A DNA stretch of 27,626 nt, taken from positions 1 to 27,626 of the forward strand of contig JBHJHA010000014.1 of the NCBI GenBank assembly GCA_050331235.1. Direction: 5' to 3'. Made by a program: the position numbers and the translations under genes. Each line of letters begins with the position of its first letter. Within the stretch, counting starts at the first letter, position 1. Source of the DNA: Leptolyngbyaceae cyanobacterium (GTDB lineage Bacteria; Cyanobacteriota; Cyanobacteriia; Phormidesmidales; Phormidesmidaceae). The notes beneath the pieces were generated by a model, which did not search any database, was not told the origin of the DNA, and saw nothing but the letters and a program-made list of their open reading frames with translations. This document shows positions 16,766 to 27,537 of the stretch, piece after piece.

Positions 16766-17281
16766 TTAGGCCTCGCCGGTCCCCGGAGCCGAATAGGTGC
16801 TCTTACCGCCGCCCCAAAGTGGACCAATTACCTTAGGCTGCAACAAAATATGACCGGAAATCGCCACTAAATCATCTTCTGTTAAGCTCCGCATTTTGGG
16901 ATAGATATCAGAGCTTTTCATACTCGGATGAAGCTGAGAAATTTCTGTCAGACCATCATAGGTGGTGGGGTTCTTGAGATAGTCCACCAGTGCCTCGAGG
17001 TTGTTGCGGGGAGGTAGCGCCCCAGCCAAACTCTCAGGGTCTAGACCGACAGTGGGGTTCGTTTTGGTGATACCACCGTTGTGGCAAGTACTGCAGGCAT
17101 AGTTAAATTGCCGACGCCCCCGAGCCACTTGCTCTAGGGACAAAACAACGGTATCTCCTTGCTCATTAAGCTTGATGGTGCGCGTCGCCTCATCTAGCTC
17201 TGCTGCAAACGCGGGGGCGGTGAACAATTGGCTCATCACTAGAACCGCGATCGCAACCAGCCAAATGCATCTCTTAAGCAT
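16766..17281 (-). CDS. psbV: Photosystem II cytochrome c550
   Basis: Signal peptide, AELDEATRT, CSTCH haem site, GITKTNP, LVDYLKNPTTYDG, HPS (distal His), SSDIYPKMR and WGGGK. GAGGAG precedes the ATG at 17281. Confidence 0.97.
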   Translation of the reverse strand: MLKRCIWLVAIAVLVMSQLFTAPAFAAELDEATRTIKLNEQGDTVVLSLEQVARGRRQFNYACSTCHNGGITKTNPTVGLDPESLAGALPPRNNLEALVDYLKNPTTYDGLTEISQLHPSMKSSDIYPKMRSLTEDDLVAISGHILLQPKVIGPLWGGGKSTYSAPGTGEA

Positions 17282-17517
17282 GGTTCTCCTCAAAGGTATT
17301 TATGGCTAGTCATTACACAACACAGCGAACTTTTTCCTCAGGGATAACTGACAAAGTTAGCAAGCTCTAGACCCGACAAATGTGAGTGTGTAGCTGTTAC
17401 AGCTCTTTTGAAAGCTATCCAATCAGTGTTAAGTCCTTCTCATACTCTTTATCATGCCACCGAATGGAGGATTCCAAAAGCGTTTCGTCGATAACACGGG
17501 GCCGTCAGGAAAACTGC

Positions 17518-18435
17518 CTAAGAGATAACCACGTGGGAATTAGTCAGGGAAGAGAGTGACTGAATCGGTGAAGATGGCACAGGCTGATGCAGCCGAATCA
17601 GCTTTGCTAGCGTCAACTTCAATTCAGTTCTGGGGACGATGGCATCGACAAAGCCGTGCTTGAGCAAGTACTCAGCCGTTTGAAAATCATCTGGGAGTTT
17701 TTCTCTCAAGGTTTGCTCCACTACCCGACGTCCGGCAAAGGCAATCGTGGCTTTAGGCTCAGCCAGGATGATGTCTCCCAGCATGGCAAAACTGGCTGTC
17801 ACCCCACCAGTCGTCGGATGCGAAAGTACTGGCACATACAGCAAACCAGCTTCGCGGTGGCGTTCTAACGCACCGGAAATTTTTGCCATCTGCATTAGGC
17901 TGAGCATGCCTTCTTGCATCCGTGCCCCCCCGGAGGCACAAACAATCACTACGGGATGACCCAGTTGGGTGCTGCGCTCGATGAGCCGAGTTAACTTTTC
18001 ACCCACTACCGACCCCATGCTGCCGCCCATAAACCGAAAGTCCATGACGCCTAGGCCGATATCAAGCCCATCTAGCTGGCCCATCCCGGTTTGAACCGCA
18101 TCCGTAAGCTGTGTACGGCTTTGCATATCCCTTAGGCGATCGCTATAGGCCTTGCGATCGCGAAACTTGAGCGGATCTTCAGGCTTGATCTGCGCATTTA
18201 GCGGTTGCCAAGTGTCCTGGTCAATGAGTTGAGCGATGCGGTCAGAGCTAAAGACTCGGTGATGGTGGCCGCACTCGACGCAGACTAATTGATTGGCCTT
18301 GAGGTCTTTGGTGTAGGTCATTACGCCACAGGCTTCACATTTTGACCACAGACCATCAGCAATCTCTCGCTCTTGCCGCTCCTGGCTGATGGGTCCAGAC
18401 TTCCGGCGATTTGCAAACCAATCAAACAGAGACAT
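17518..18435 (-). CDS. accD: Acetyl-CoA carboxylase carboxyltransferase beta subunit
   Basis: MSLFDWF, zinc finger CEAC...[30 protein letters not shown] and [15 protein letters not shown]. Confidence 0.98.
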   Translation of the reverse strand: MSLFDWFANRRKSGPISQERQEREIADGLWSKCEACGVMTYTKDLKANQLVCVECGHHHRVFSSDRIAQLIDQDTWQPLNAQIKPEDPLKFRDRKAYSDRLRDMQSRTQLTDAVQTGMGQLDGLDIGLGVMDFRFMGGSMGSVVGEKLTRLIERSTQLGHPVVIVCASGGARMQEGMLSLMQMAKISGALERHREAGLLYVPVLSHPTTGGVTASFAMLGDIILAEPKATIAFAGRRVVEQTLREKLPDDFQTAEYLLKHGFVDAIVPRTELKLTLAKLIRLHQPVPSSPIQSLSSLTNSHVVIS

Positions 18436-18743
18436 AGGGCTGAAAAGAATCGTACAAGGAAACACCCGACCCATCGGTGGGGATGCCCTTTATCCTATCG
18501 GGTTTAGTCACCGGCGTACATCGTCGGGCAGGGGCCGTTTCGCCAAGAGTCGCGTTTTGCCATCTATTGACCTATAGCCTACTAGCGGCAAAGGGTATAC
18601 TATCGCCCAAAGCCGCAGTGAATCATACATTTGCAGCTCAAAAAGCATGTCAATGGCCTGCTCAGTGAGTGGGTCCAAGACGAGTTGAGAGGCTTAGTTT
18701 ATATTCTCTGCAGGGCTATTCTAGGGTGCTCGACTAAAGAAAT

Positions 18744-19667
18744 ATGAAGATTTTCGAAGCAGTTGCGTCTTCGGTCGGCAATGGTATTGCTGATGATGCG
18801 CTTAAAGATGCCGACAATGGAATCTGGTTGCTCTCGCTGCCATTGTCGACTCAAGAAGTATGGCAGCGACGGTTTTACTGTATTCGGTGGATTGATCGGT
18901 TAGCTGAGCAAGACTTGGTGGTGCAGCCAGGGGGAGCACAGTTCCCCGCCTTTTATCGCGCTTGGCAAACATTACTCCGGCACCCCTCTTCGCCTGCCCC
19001 TCTGGACCGCTGGCCGGTACTGCAAGTGCTAACTGCCGACTGGTCTCAGTGGAAAACGTCAAACGCAGAATACGTTGCGGAGGTGAGCGCTTGGAATGAG
19101 TATATCGAGGCGATCGCCACTTACCATCATGCCGATCTCACCATTAATACACTGCAAGAATACGAGGTCATGCTGGATCGGTTGGCGGGGAGTTGCTTTC
19201 AATTACTGCCTAATTTAGACATTCCCCAGCGACAGTTAGCGCGCAAACTTGGCTACATCGACCAGTTCTACAACAACTTGCGTGACCTGTATGAAGACAC
19301 CAGCCAGGGACTTTGCTACTTTCCGACGGAAGTTTTAAATTGTTTTGGTCTAACCCGCCAGAGTATTATTGATTGCACCTGCTTAAACCAACCTGGCTAT
19401 CAATCCTTGATGCAGTTTTGGGTCGAAGACTACCTTGCGCACTGGCGACAACAGACCCTGGAAACCATTCGAGTGGATGATTTCCAGGATGACTGGCAGC
19501 AGTTGATGAAATGGTTTCTCCACCGGTATCGGCGCATCGAAATGACCTTACAGGATTGCCAATATGATTTTGTAGCATTTGCCCAGCGGTATTGGTCCTT
19601 AGTGGCTCAAGAACTCGCCACCGAACAGAAAATGAGGGCGATAGAATCCAGTGGAAAACTGACCTAG
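18744..19667 (+). CDS. Squalene/phytoene synthase-family (head-to-head isoprenoid synthase fold) protein, divergent
   Basis: FY..IRWIDRLAE (first motif position) and LG..DQFYNNLRDLYED...GLCYFP.E.L..FG, corresponding to the QLTNILRDVxED..GRxYLP motif. Confidence 0.8.
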   Translation: MKIFEAVASSVGNGIADDALKDADNGIWLLSLPLSTQEVWQRRFYCIRWIDRLAEQDLVVQPGGAQFPAFYRAWQTLLRHPSSPAPLDRWPVLQVLTADWSQWKTSNAEYVAEVSAWNEYIEAIATYHHADLTINTLQEYEVMLDRLAGSCFQLLPNLDIPQRQLARKLGYIDQFYNNLRDLYEDTSQGLCYFPTEVLNCFGLTRQSIIDCTCLNQPGYQSLMQFWVEDYLAHWRQQTLETIRVDDFQDDWQQLMKWFLHRYRRIEMTLQDCQYDFVAFAQRYWSLVAQELATEQKMRAIESSGKLT

Positions 19668-19830
19668 GAATCGTTTGTCTAAGCCTCAGCAGAGCATACT
19701 GGGGCAGGCAATCCCCTGCACCACTCAGGCCATCAGCCAGAGGGAATTGATGCGGGTGCATGAATATGAGCGATTCTGGCTAGCAGAAAGGGGGTGCAGG
19801 GGCCATCTTTAGAACTCGCCTATTTGACCG

Positions 19831-20364
19831 TTAGATAGTTTTGCCTTCGGCTGGTACCAAGAAACAGCCGGCAATCCGCCAGCTGTCGTCACTCTGCTGC
19901 TCCATTTGGTAGTAGGCGGTCATCAAGGCACCTGCCGGGCCTAAGACGGTGACGGCCTGGACGGGATTGCCGCGAATCAGCGCTAGCTCGCCAAAATCAA
20001 CTGACTGGGGACGATACACCGGCTCGTACATAGACTGCACCATCACCATGAACTGCTCAGCTGTTTGAAATTGGTCTTGAATGCCTGGACTCGCAAAGCT
20101 GAAGGCAAGGTCAGCGTTATTGGCCTGAAATGCCGCTAGCTGCTGCTGAATGACGGCAATAATTTCCGCTTCATCAGCAGGCGTTAGAGTGAGGGGCAGA
20201 GATGCCGCAGGGGCCTGCTTAGAGGTCGGAAATACGGCGATTGATGAGTCGGCAATCGTTCTTTGAGAGATTTGCTGACGTCCCCACCAAGTGATAGGAA
20301 GTGCGATCGCACCTATCAACCCTAGCCATCCAACAATACGACGTCGCTTCACAATAACCCTCAA
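19831..20364 (-). CDS. DUF4864-domain protein
   Basis: N-terminal TM/signal, VIQQQLAAFQANNADLAFSFASPGIQ..F...F..MV...Y.PVYRP, and Y.MEQQ.D.SWRIAGC. Confidence 0.85.
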   Translation of the reverse strand: MRVIVKRRRIVGWLGLIGAIALPITWWGRQQISQRTIADSSIAVFPTSKQAPAASLPLTLTPADEAEIIAVIQQQLAAFQANNADLAFSFASPGIQDQFQTAEQFMVMVQSMYEPVYRPQSVDFGELALIRGNPVQAVTVLGPAGALMTAYYQMEQQSDDSWRIAGCFLVPAEGKTI

Positions 20365-20466
20365 CGTGGCTTGTTTGCTCAGCGTAACGATATTTTCCCA
20401 GAGGTGCTATGTCTCTATCGGAAGAGTTGCGAGTGGAGGAGTCCATCCATGACTATGACGGTCAGA

Positions 20467-21600
20467 TCAGGCGGCCGTCGGCATCGCTTGATTACTGAGC
20501 ACGGCCCCATAAAACTTCTGTAGCTGCTGGGTAGCGGCATTCCAGCCCCACCTCTCAGCTTCGATGCGAGCGTTGCGGCGCATCAGTTCGCGTTCGGCAC
20601 CTCGGTCCAACAGGTACTGGGTGGCGGCGATCGCTCCATGCTCATCGGTGGGGTCAAACAAATAGCCATTTTCGCCGTTGGTCACGATATCCGGAATGCC
20701 GCCAGCGTTAGCTGCGACCACGGGACACCCAGCCGCCATTGCCTCCAGCAGCACAAGACCGAGGGTTTCGGTACGCGACGGAAAGATAAACGCATCCGCC
20801 GACGCATAGGCGGCCCCGAGTTCTTCCCCAGCCAAGTAGCCCACAAAGTGAGTATTTGTACCGGCAAAGTGCTTTTCTAAGCCTTCACGGTTGGGGCCGT
20901 CTCCGACCAAGGCCAAACGGGCTTCCGGAATCGCTTTCAAAACTGGTTTGATGCGATCAATTTCCTTTTCTGCTGACAGCCGCCCAATGTAAAGCAATAA
21001 TGGCGCGTCGGGATGGCCTTGTGAGAGGCGATCGCGCATTGCTTGGCTGGCCAACGCCGGACGAAACAGCTCTGTATCAACGCCGCGCTGCCAGACCTCT
21101 ACCCGTTCCACGCCATGGGCGGTCAACTCTTCCTGCATCGCTGTCGAAGTGACTAAATTGATGCGAGCTTGGTTATGAACCGCCTTAATCAACTCCCACA
21201 TCAGTCCCTCAAAGACCCCCAATCCGTAATGTTCTAAGTACTTGGGCAAGTGGGTGTGATAGGAAGCCATGAGGGGAATGTTGAGCGCTTTAGCGTAGAA
21301 CAGTCCAGCCATGCCCAAAACAGCGGGATTCACAATGTGAATTAGATCCGGTGAAAACTGTTCAATCGCTTCGCCAATTGAAGGCCGCGGCAGCGCCAAC
21401 TTAAGCTCTGGATAAAGCGGAAAGGCCATTCCTGAAACGCCGTAGATCTGGGCCCCCTTATAGGACGTTAAGCCCCCCTCTGGGCAAAAAACCATGACTT
21501 CATCACCCAATCGCTGTAGGTGCTCAACCGTGTGCTTGAGGCGGGTGACGATACCATCAACCTTAGGCAAAAAAGTCTCAGTAAATAACGCAATACGCAT
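20467..21600 (-). CDS. sqdX: Sulfoquinovosyl diacylglycerol synthase (GT4)
   Basis: MRIALFTETFLPKVDGIVTRL, ASYHTHLPKYL and FPSRTETLGLVLLEAMAAG. Lies immediately downstream of sqdB. Confidence 0.95.
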   Translation of the reverse strand: MRIALFTETFLPKVDGIVTRLKHTVEHLQRLGDEVMVFCPEGGLTSYKGAQIYGVSGMAFPLYPELKLALPRPSIGEAIEQFSPDLIHIVNPAVLGMAGLFYAKALNIPLMASYHTHLPKYLEHYGLGVFEGLMWELIKAVHNQARINLVTSTAMQEELTAHGVERVEVWQRGVDTELFRPALASQAMRDRLSQGHPDAPLLLYIGRLSAEKEIDRIKPVLKAIPEARLALVGDGPNREGLEKHFAGTNTHFVGYLAGEELGAAYASADAFIFPSRTETLGLVLLEAMAAGCPVVAANAGGIPDIVTNGENGYLFDPTDEHGAIAATQYLLDRGAERELMRRNARIEAERWGWNAATQQLQKFYGAVLSNQAMPTAA

Positions 21601-21643
21601 GGGCTCTGACTCGAAGCTAAAAGAACTTAAACCTACTCAGACC

Positions 21644-21716
21644 AAAAAAGGAGGCTAGATTTCCCATTTTGACCAGCCTATGTAGACCGTTAAAACTGAG
21701 ATAATCTAGCCTCCTT
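21644..21716 (-). terminator. Long stem-loop with U-tract between sqdB and sqdX
   Basis: Perfect 14-bp IR AAGGAGGCTAGATT (21648-21661) / AATCTAGCCTCCTT (21703-21716), extendable imperfectly inward. A6 at 21644-21649 gives U6 on the minus strand. Confidence 0.75.
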
Positions 21717-21747
21717 AACAGTGAGTTAAACCAAAGAAATTGTCGCT

Positions 21748-22908
<1,161 letters not shown>

Positions 22909-23313
22909 TCAAACACTTCGCTAATACCCGCTTAATGTATCAGTTTTGTGGCCCTTAAACATACTTTCCTTGGAAAGTTGCGAGGCAAACTCTAGAGATG
23001 AGGTTATTTTGTGGACAGAGCGATTACTTCGAAATCGTGATTATCTAAGGCATAGCCAATTTTAATGGGAGCGAAAACCACATTTGGCTAGGGTCAAAAA
23101 ATTGCCTGGGGAACTGCCAAAGTTAGTGCCAGCAATTAACGATATCGGTTGGGGATCGCCCAGCATTAACGCGCTAAATTAAGATGAGATTAACAGTAGT
23201 CAGTGTTGATTGTTGGAAAATTTTTGAGCCGATCTGTCGCGCCGTTATTTGCGATATCGATCAGCAATCATCCGCAAAATAATCGGCTGACTCCACCCAG
23301 GCAACCGGCCGGA

Positions 23314-24543
23314 TCAACCGGCGCTGAGGCGCAACCACCAAATCTGGGTTGATTGGTCGGCAGAAAAATTGTCATCACTCATCAGCCAAAGGCTAGCAGA
23401 GCCATCTGATAACGGTGGCCCGAAGGTCATCGCTTCTAAGTTATCGATCGCCGCCACTGGCTGCTCCACCGTAGAAAAATCTAGCAGTAACAGCTTTTGA
23501 ATGGTGGTGAGCGCTTCCTGAGGCGTCATACTGACAATTGTAGACGTATCAGTGGCGCTGCCGGTTGCGAGTTGAAAGAGCTTGATTTCAAAACCGCGAA
23601 TGCCGTAAACCCGCTCTAGGGCTAAAAAGTGTCCCCCCTGATCGATGGCCACAAGCTCAGTGAGGCCATTGCTGACTGCGCCTAAAGGTTCCAAGCTAAG
23701 GGGATAGGCATGTTCGGAGATAAAAGTCGATTGCTCAGGCCCAATCAGATAGTGCAAAAAGCGGCTAGCTAAAGGGTTTTCCGGATTGGCATCAAAATCC
23801 TGGGCCAAGGCCGACTCGGTGGCCACAAAAACGCGAAAGGGTTCAAACGCCCCAGCGCTCGACGTAGGGCCTAAGGTCAAGGCTTCTAGTCCCTGGTTGT
23901 CGCGGACACCCATGACACCCTCAGGAGTGTCGGGGGCCTCTGCGGGTATCAGGCGTTGTGGCAGACGAAACTCAGTTTGTAGCCGACCGGTTGCTAAGTC
24001 ATATTCATGCAGGGCAGGCGGTGACTGGCTGAGGGCGACCCCTTCGCTCGAAATTATCAAGGACTGTCGGGGCGTCAGTGCCATGCCTTCGGGGTCGAGG
24101 CGATCGCGCGGATACTCGTCACCGTCAGCATCTTTGAGAGTAGTAACCGCGCTGACCGTCACTGACTCAATAGTCGGCGCGGCCACATCGGTTAAACCAG
24201 TTTGAATCTCCAAGGTGTAGAAACGGGGCGGAGCCAGCCTACCGCGATCGTCCGAAAGCGCATAAAAAACATCGCGTTGAGGGTCATAGGCTAAGGCTGA
24301 AAGCCCGCCTACGGGCATCGTCTCAAAGGTTTGCTTAGGCAGCGTAAACACATCTAAAACCTCTACCTGTAACGGCAAGAAAAGCCGCTCTTCGGCGCTA
24401 ACCTGGGGCAGACTGCAGCCCCCTAATCCCCACAGACCAGCGACCATTACCAAGCCCAGCCGAACTGTCTGAAGAAATCGCCACTGTTCTTGCAAAAAAC
24501 TTCCAAGAACAGTTATTTCGGCATTTCGCCAATGTCTGAGCAC
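23314..24543 (-). CDS. 'Esterase-like activity of phytase' family beta-propeller protein, probable lipoprotein
   Basis: Lipobox LGGC, VGGLSAL.YD...FYALSDDRG, DPEGMAL, RDNQGLEALT, FLALER, DNLEAMTFGP and SDDNF. Start placed at GTG 24543, just after the upstream stop; this start is uncertain. Confidence 0.88.
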   Translation of the reverse strand: MLRHWRNAEITVLGSFLQEQWRFLQTVRLGLVMVAGLWGLGGCSLPQVSAEERLFLPLQVEVLDVFTLPKQTFETMPVGGLSALAYDPQRDVFYALSDDRGRLAPPRFYTLEIQTGLTDVAAPTIESVTVSAVTTLKDADGDEYPRDRLDPEGMALTPRQSLIISSEGVALSQSPPALHEYDLATGRLQTEFRLPQRLIPAEAPDTPEGVMGVRDNQGLEALTLGPTSSAGAFEPFRVFVATESALAQDFDANPENPLASRFLHYLIGPEQSTFISEHAYPLSLEPLGAVSNGLTELVAIDQGGHFLALERVYGIRGFEIKLFQLATGSATDTSTIVSMTPQEALTTIQKLLLLDFSTVEQPVAAIDNLEAMTFGPPLSDGSASLWLMSDDNFSADQSTQIWWLRLSAG

Positions 24544-24553
24544 CCTGCCCCCT

Positions 24554-26548
24554 TTACCAGTAATATCGCAGATTCTGATCGACCAAATAATTTTGTAAAT
24601 CGCCAATCTGATTAGTGACCACAATCTGCGCCGGCGTTAGGTCAGCAGGCTGAGCCATCTCGGTCAGCCATCCCGCTGTAGCACCGGCGGCAGCGCCTAC
24701 ACTCCATTCACCATAGTGCACTCGGGTCATGGCGTTGACGATATGAGAGCCGGCAATGCTCTTACCACCAATCAGCAAATTATCGACCCCAATCGGAACC
24801 AATGCCTCCAACGGAATCGGTAGGGGCCGTGCTAAGCGTTCGTTGACGCTGGCGCGGGTAGCCTCAAAAGAAGGCTGCCAGTTGCGATAGCGACAGCCGT
24901 GAATATCAATATCGTAATGGGTAAGGGCCACTGCGGTGGGCGCAAACTCTCGCCCCCCTGGGATGTCAACCCGCAAATCTCGCTCAGTCATCATAAACTG
25001 CTCTTGGCCATAGGCCGGACGCCCAATAATTCGTCGCCCTTCGCGAATATAGGGCACCATGCTCAGCCCTGACTGGGTCCACATAGGAGCATCAGGGCCG
25101 TATAAAAACGTCAGCGGAAATTCGGCTGTGGCCTGGTTATCGATCAGCCATTCGGCAAAAAGGAGGGCATGGTTTTCACCATTTTTCAGGGCTTGAATGG
25201 AGAGCCCGCCCATCCAATTTTGATATTGCCCCGTTTCCTGAATTGCTTCTGGCGACATCACTAGCGGGTCGTCCATGATGTTCCAATCGTTGCCTTGGTT
25301 CCAATTGACCATGGTCATTTCGCCTGTGGTCGACTGGCTAACTGCCGCCTCACCAGGATAGCGACTCACAATCCGACGGTAATTAAACAGCCCCCGATTG
25401 TGATACATCGGAAAGCCTTCCATATTGAACGATCGCCGATGTTCGTCTTTAGGAATACCAGTCTCGAGGCGAGCTAGGGCCTGCTTGCTGCCCCCTTGGT
25501 CGTCGACGATCGCCATTACAAAGGGATAGGTAAAGGCTTGGGTACAAGCGGGGTTGGACTGCATAGGCGCATTGGGCTCATCGAGCACGTCTTTCCCATC
25601 CGACCCGACGCGGAAGGGAACTTGGGCCCAGGCGATAAATTCCCCCGTGTCTGTCGCGTCAATGACCACCATGCGCTGCCCGGCTGGTGGCTGGAGACGA
25701 ATGGGCTTTTTTTCATATTGGTCTGTGCTAGACCAGGCGTACCAGTCATATAGCTCTTGGGACAACCGCCCCCGGGGCAGATAGCGATCATTTTGAGGCG
25801 TCCGCTGCACGGCGTACACAGCCGTGATCAACCGCCCCGAGGTGTCAAAGTCAGCGCCTTTGAAGGCGGTTGACGTGGCCCACCGACTATTGGGAGCGGC
25901 GGCTAAGGTCGATCGCAAATATTGCTCAGCGGCATCCGCACCCGCCTGCGGCAAAAAACATAAGTCGCCGACCCAGCAGCTATTGGTTTCATAAACGTAT
26001 TGGCGATCGCTCATCCCGGTCCAGCCGGGCAGATCGAGGGGTTGACTGCGAATCCCCCGTTTAAAGCTACGCCAGCTTTCTGAAAAGTTTTGCTGCTGGC
26101 GCATTGATCGAGACTCATCAATCGCCGACACCCCCTGGGAACTCACCTGTCCACCCAGCCAGGGAGTCAGCTCAATCAAGCAGGTCTGAGCCCCGGTGCG
26201 CATTGCATGAGCCGCCGCCGCCACGCCTCCCAGCGATCCCCCCACGACCACCACTTCGCATTCCCAAACCTCCTGGGCTTGTGGCAGCGGCGAAATTTGC
26301 GGTCGGCCATTAGCCGCTTTCACATCCTGCAAGCCAATCAAAGCCGTACCTTGAGTCAAGGATTCACCTACACGAGTTATCCCCAACTGAGTAGGCGTTT
26401 CTAAGTAGCCCACCGCCATCTGAAAGGCCTGCAGCAGCAAGGTCCCTCCCGCCAGCGCCCCCAGTGTCAATGCCGACAAAACGGTGATCCGACGCTTACG
26501 TTGTCTGCGCTCAGCAGCGAGATTACGGTATAGGCGACGTGTAACCAT
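24554..26548 (-). CDS. FAD-dependent oxidoreductase (FAD_oxidored-like family) with N-terminal membrane anchor
   Basis: VVVVGGSLGGVAAA, LIE.T.WLGGQ.SSQGVSAID, IDATDTGE, PYIREGRRI, Y.IDIH, IPLEALVP..VDNLL.GGKSIA.SHI and RVH..EW..G.AAG. Confidence 0.9.
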   Translation of the reverse strand: MVTRRLYRNLAAERRQRKRRITVLSALTLGALAGGTLLLQAFQMAVGYLETPTQLGITRVGESLTQGTALIGLQDVKAANGRPQISPLPQAQEVWECEVVVVGGSLGGVAAAAHAMRTGAQTCLIELTPWLGGQVSSQGVSAIDESRSMRQQQNFSESWRSFKRGIRSQPLDLPGWTGMSDRQYVYETNSCWVGDLCFLPQAGADAAEQYLRSTLAAAPNSRWATSTAFKGADFDTSGRLITAVYAVQRTPQNDRYLPRGRLSQELYDWYAWSSTDQYEKKPIRLQPPAGQRMVVIDATDTGEFIAWAQVPFRVGSDGKDVLDEPNAPMQSNPACTQAFTYPFVMAIVDDQGGSKQALARLETGIPKDEHRRSFNMEGFPMYHNRGLFNYRRIVSRYPGEAAVSQSTTGEMTMVNWNQGNDWNIMDDPLVMSPEAIQETGQYQNWMGGLSIQALKNGENHALLFAEWLIDNQATAEFPLTFLYGPDAPMWTQSGLSMVPYIREGRRIIGRPAYGQEQFMMTERDLRVDIPGGREFAPTAVALTHYDIDIHGCRYRNWQPSFEATRASVNERLARPLPIPLEALVPIGVDNLLIGGKSIAGSHIVNAMTRVHYGEWSVGAAAGATAGWLTEMAQPADLTPAQIVVTNQIGDLQNYLVDQNLRYYW

Positions 26549-26682
26549 TTTGTCGATTGAGGCTCTCGAGGTACAAACGTCTCAGAGTGTAGCAACAGAA
26601 AACCAGCGTGGCGCATTTTACTGACTATTTAGGCGACCTGATTGGAGACAAACGCGAAACCGAGCCCCGACGGACAACCGAC

Positions 26683-27537
26683 CTAGGGACAAAATTCGCC
26701 AAATTGACTACTTAAGGTCATAAACTGGGCTCCCTGGGTCTTGACCGAGCCAATCGAAACTTTGAGTCCTTCAATGAGACGAGCTTCGGCCTCTGTTAAG
26801 GGAGTCTGGCGGGGCCACTGCCCATCGTGAAACACAATGATCTTGCCCCAACCGTTGAGCACTACCTGGGCATAGTCATCGATGGAAGAGCGGTGATCAG
26901 CAGAAATTTCATTGAACATCGCAAGGCAAAGGCCATACTCATGGGCGATGTCCACTACCTCTTGATCGTAGTGCCCATAAGGCGGACGAAACCAGCGGAT
27001 TCTAACCTCAGGAAAGTACCAGTGCAGCAGTGACAAACTGGTGGCAATTTCGGCTTCCTTTTGCTCCCGCGTCAGGGTCAACATATCAGCGTGGGTTTGC
27101 GAATGGAGCGCTAGTTCATGTCCTTCGGCGACGATACGCTGCGCCAGTTCGGGAAAGCGTGCAACATTACGACCCAAGACAAAAAATGTCGCTTTGATAT
27201 CGTGCTCTTGCAAAATATCTAGGATGAGCCCCGTCGCTTTGGGACTAGGTCCATCGTCAAAGGTGAGGAAAATTTCGGGGGAGCGATCGCTCAGCCAAGT
27301 CTGAATAAACTCGGCATCAAGGTCCCAGCCATCTTGAATCGGGGGGTTAAGCCGGATGGGCACTTTGGCAAACCAAGCTTGCACATCGGCCAGTGGGATA
27401 TTGCTAGGGGTCGTTAAAAAAGGATGATGACGTGCAGCCACTGGGTGAGGGGCAGCTACAAAGTTGACCCGATTGCCCAGCAAAAAGAAAACCATCGAAA
27501 TCATCATCAAGAAGGCGGCCTTCTGGAGAGGTGGCAT
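26683..27537 (-). CDS. Polysaccharide deacetylase (NodB/CE4), secreted or membrane-anchored
   Basis: LTFDDGP, ATFFVLG, HSQTH, FRPPYG and IIVFHD motifs, plus an N-terminal hydrophobic segment. Confidence 0.93.
   Translation of the reverse strand: MPPLQKAAFLMMISMVFFLLGNRVNFVAAPHPVAARHHPFLTTPSNIPLADVQAWFAKVPIRLNPPIQDGWDLDAEFIQTWLSDRSPEIFLTFDDGPSPKATGLILDILQEHDIKATFFVLGRNVARFPELAQRIVAEGHELALHSQTHADMLTLTREQKEAEIATSLSLLHWYFPEVRIRWFRPPYGHYDQEVVDIAHEYGLCLAMFNEISADHRSSIDDYAQVVLNGWGKIIVFHDGQWPRQTPLTEAEARLIEGLKVSIGSVKTQGAQFMTLSSQFGEFCP

Noticed and set aside
18744..19667. Calling this gene crtB or sqs
   Set aside because: Motifs are too divergent and there is no pathway context.
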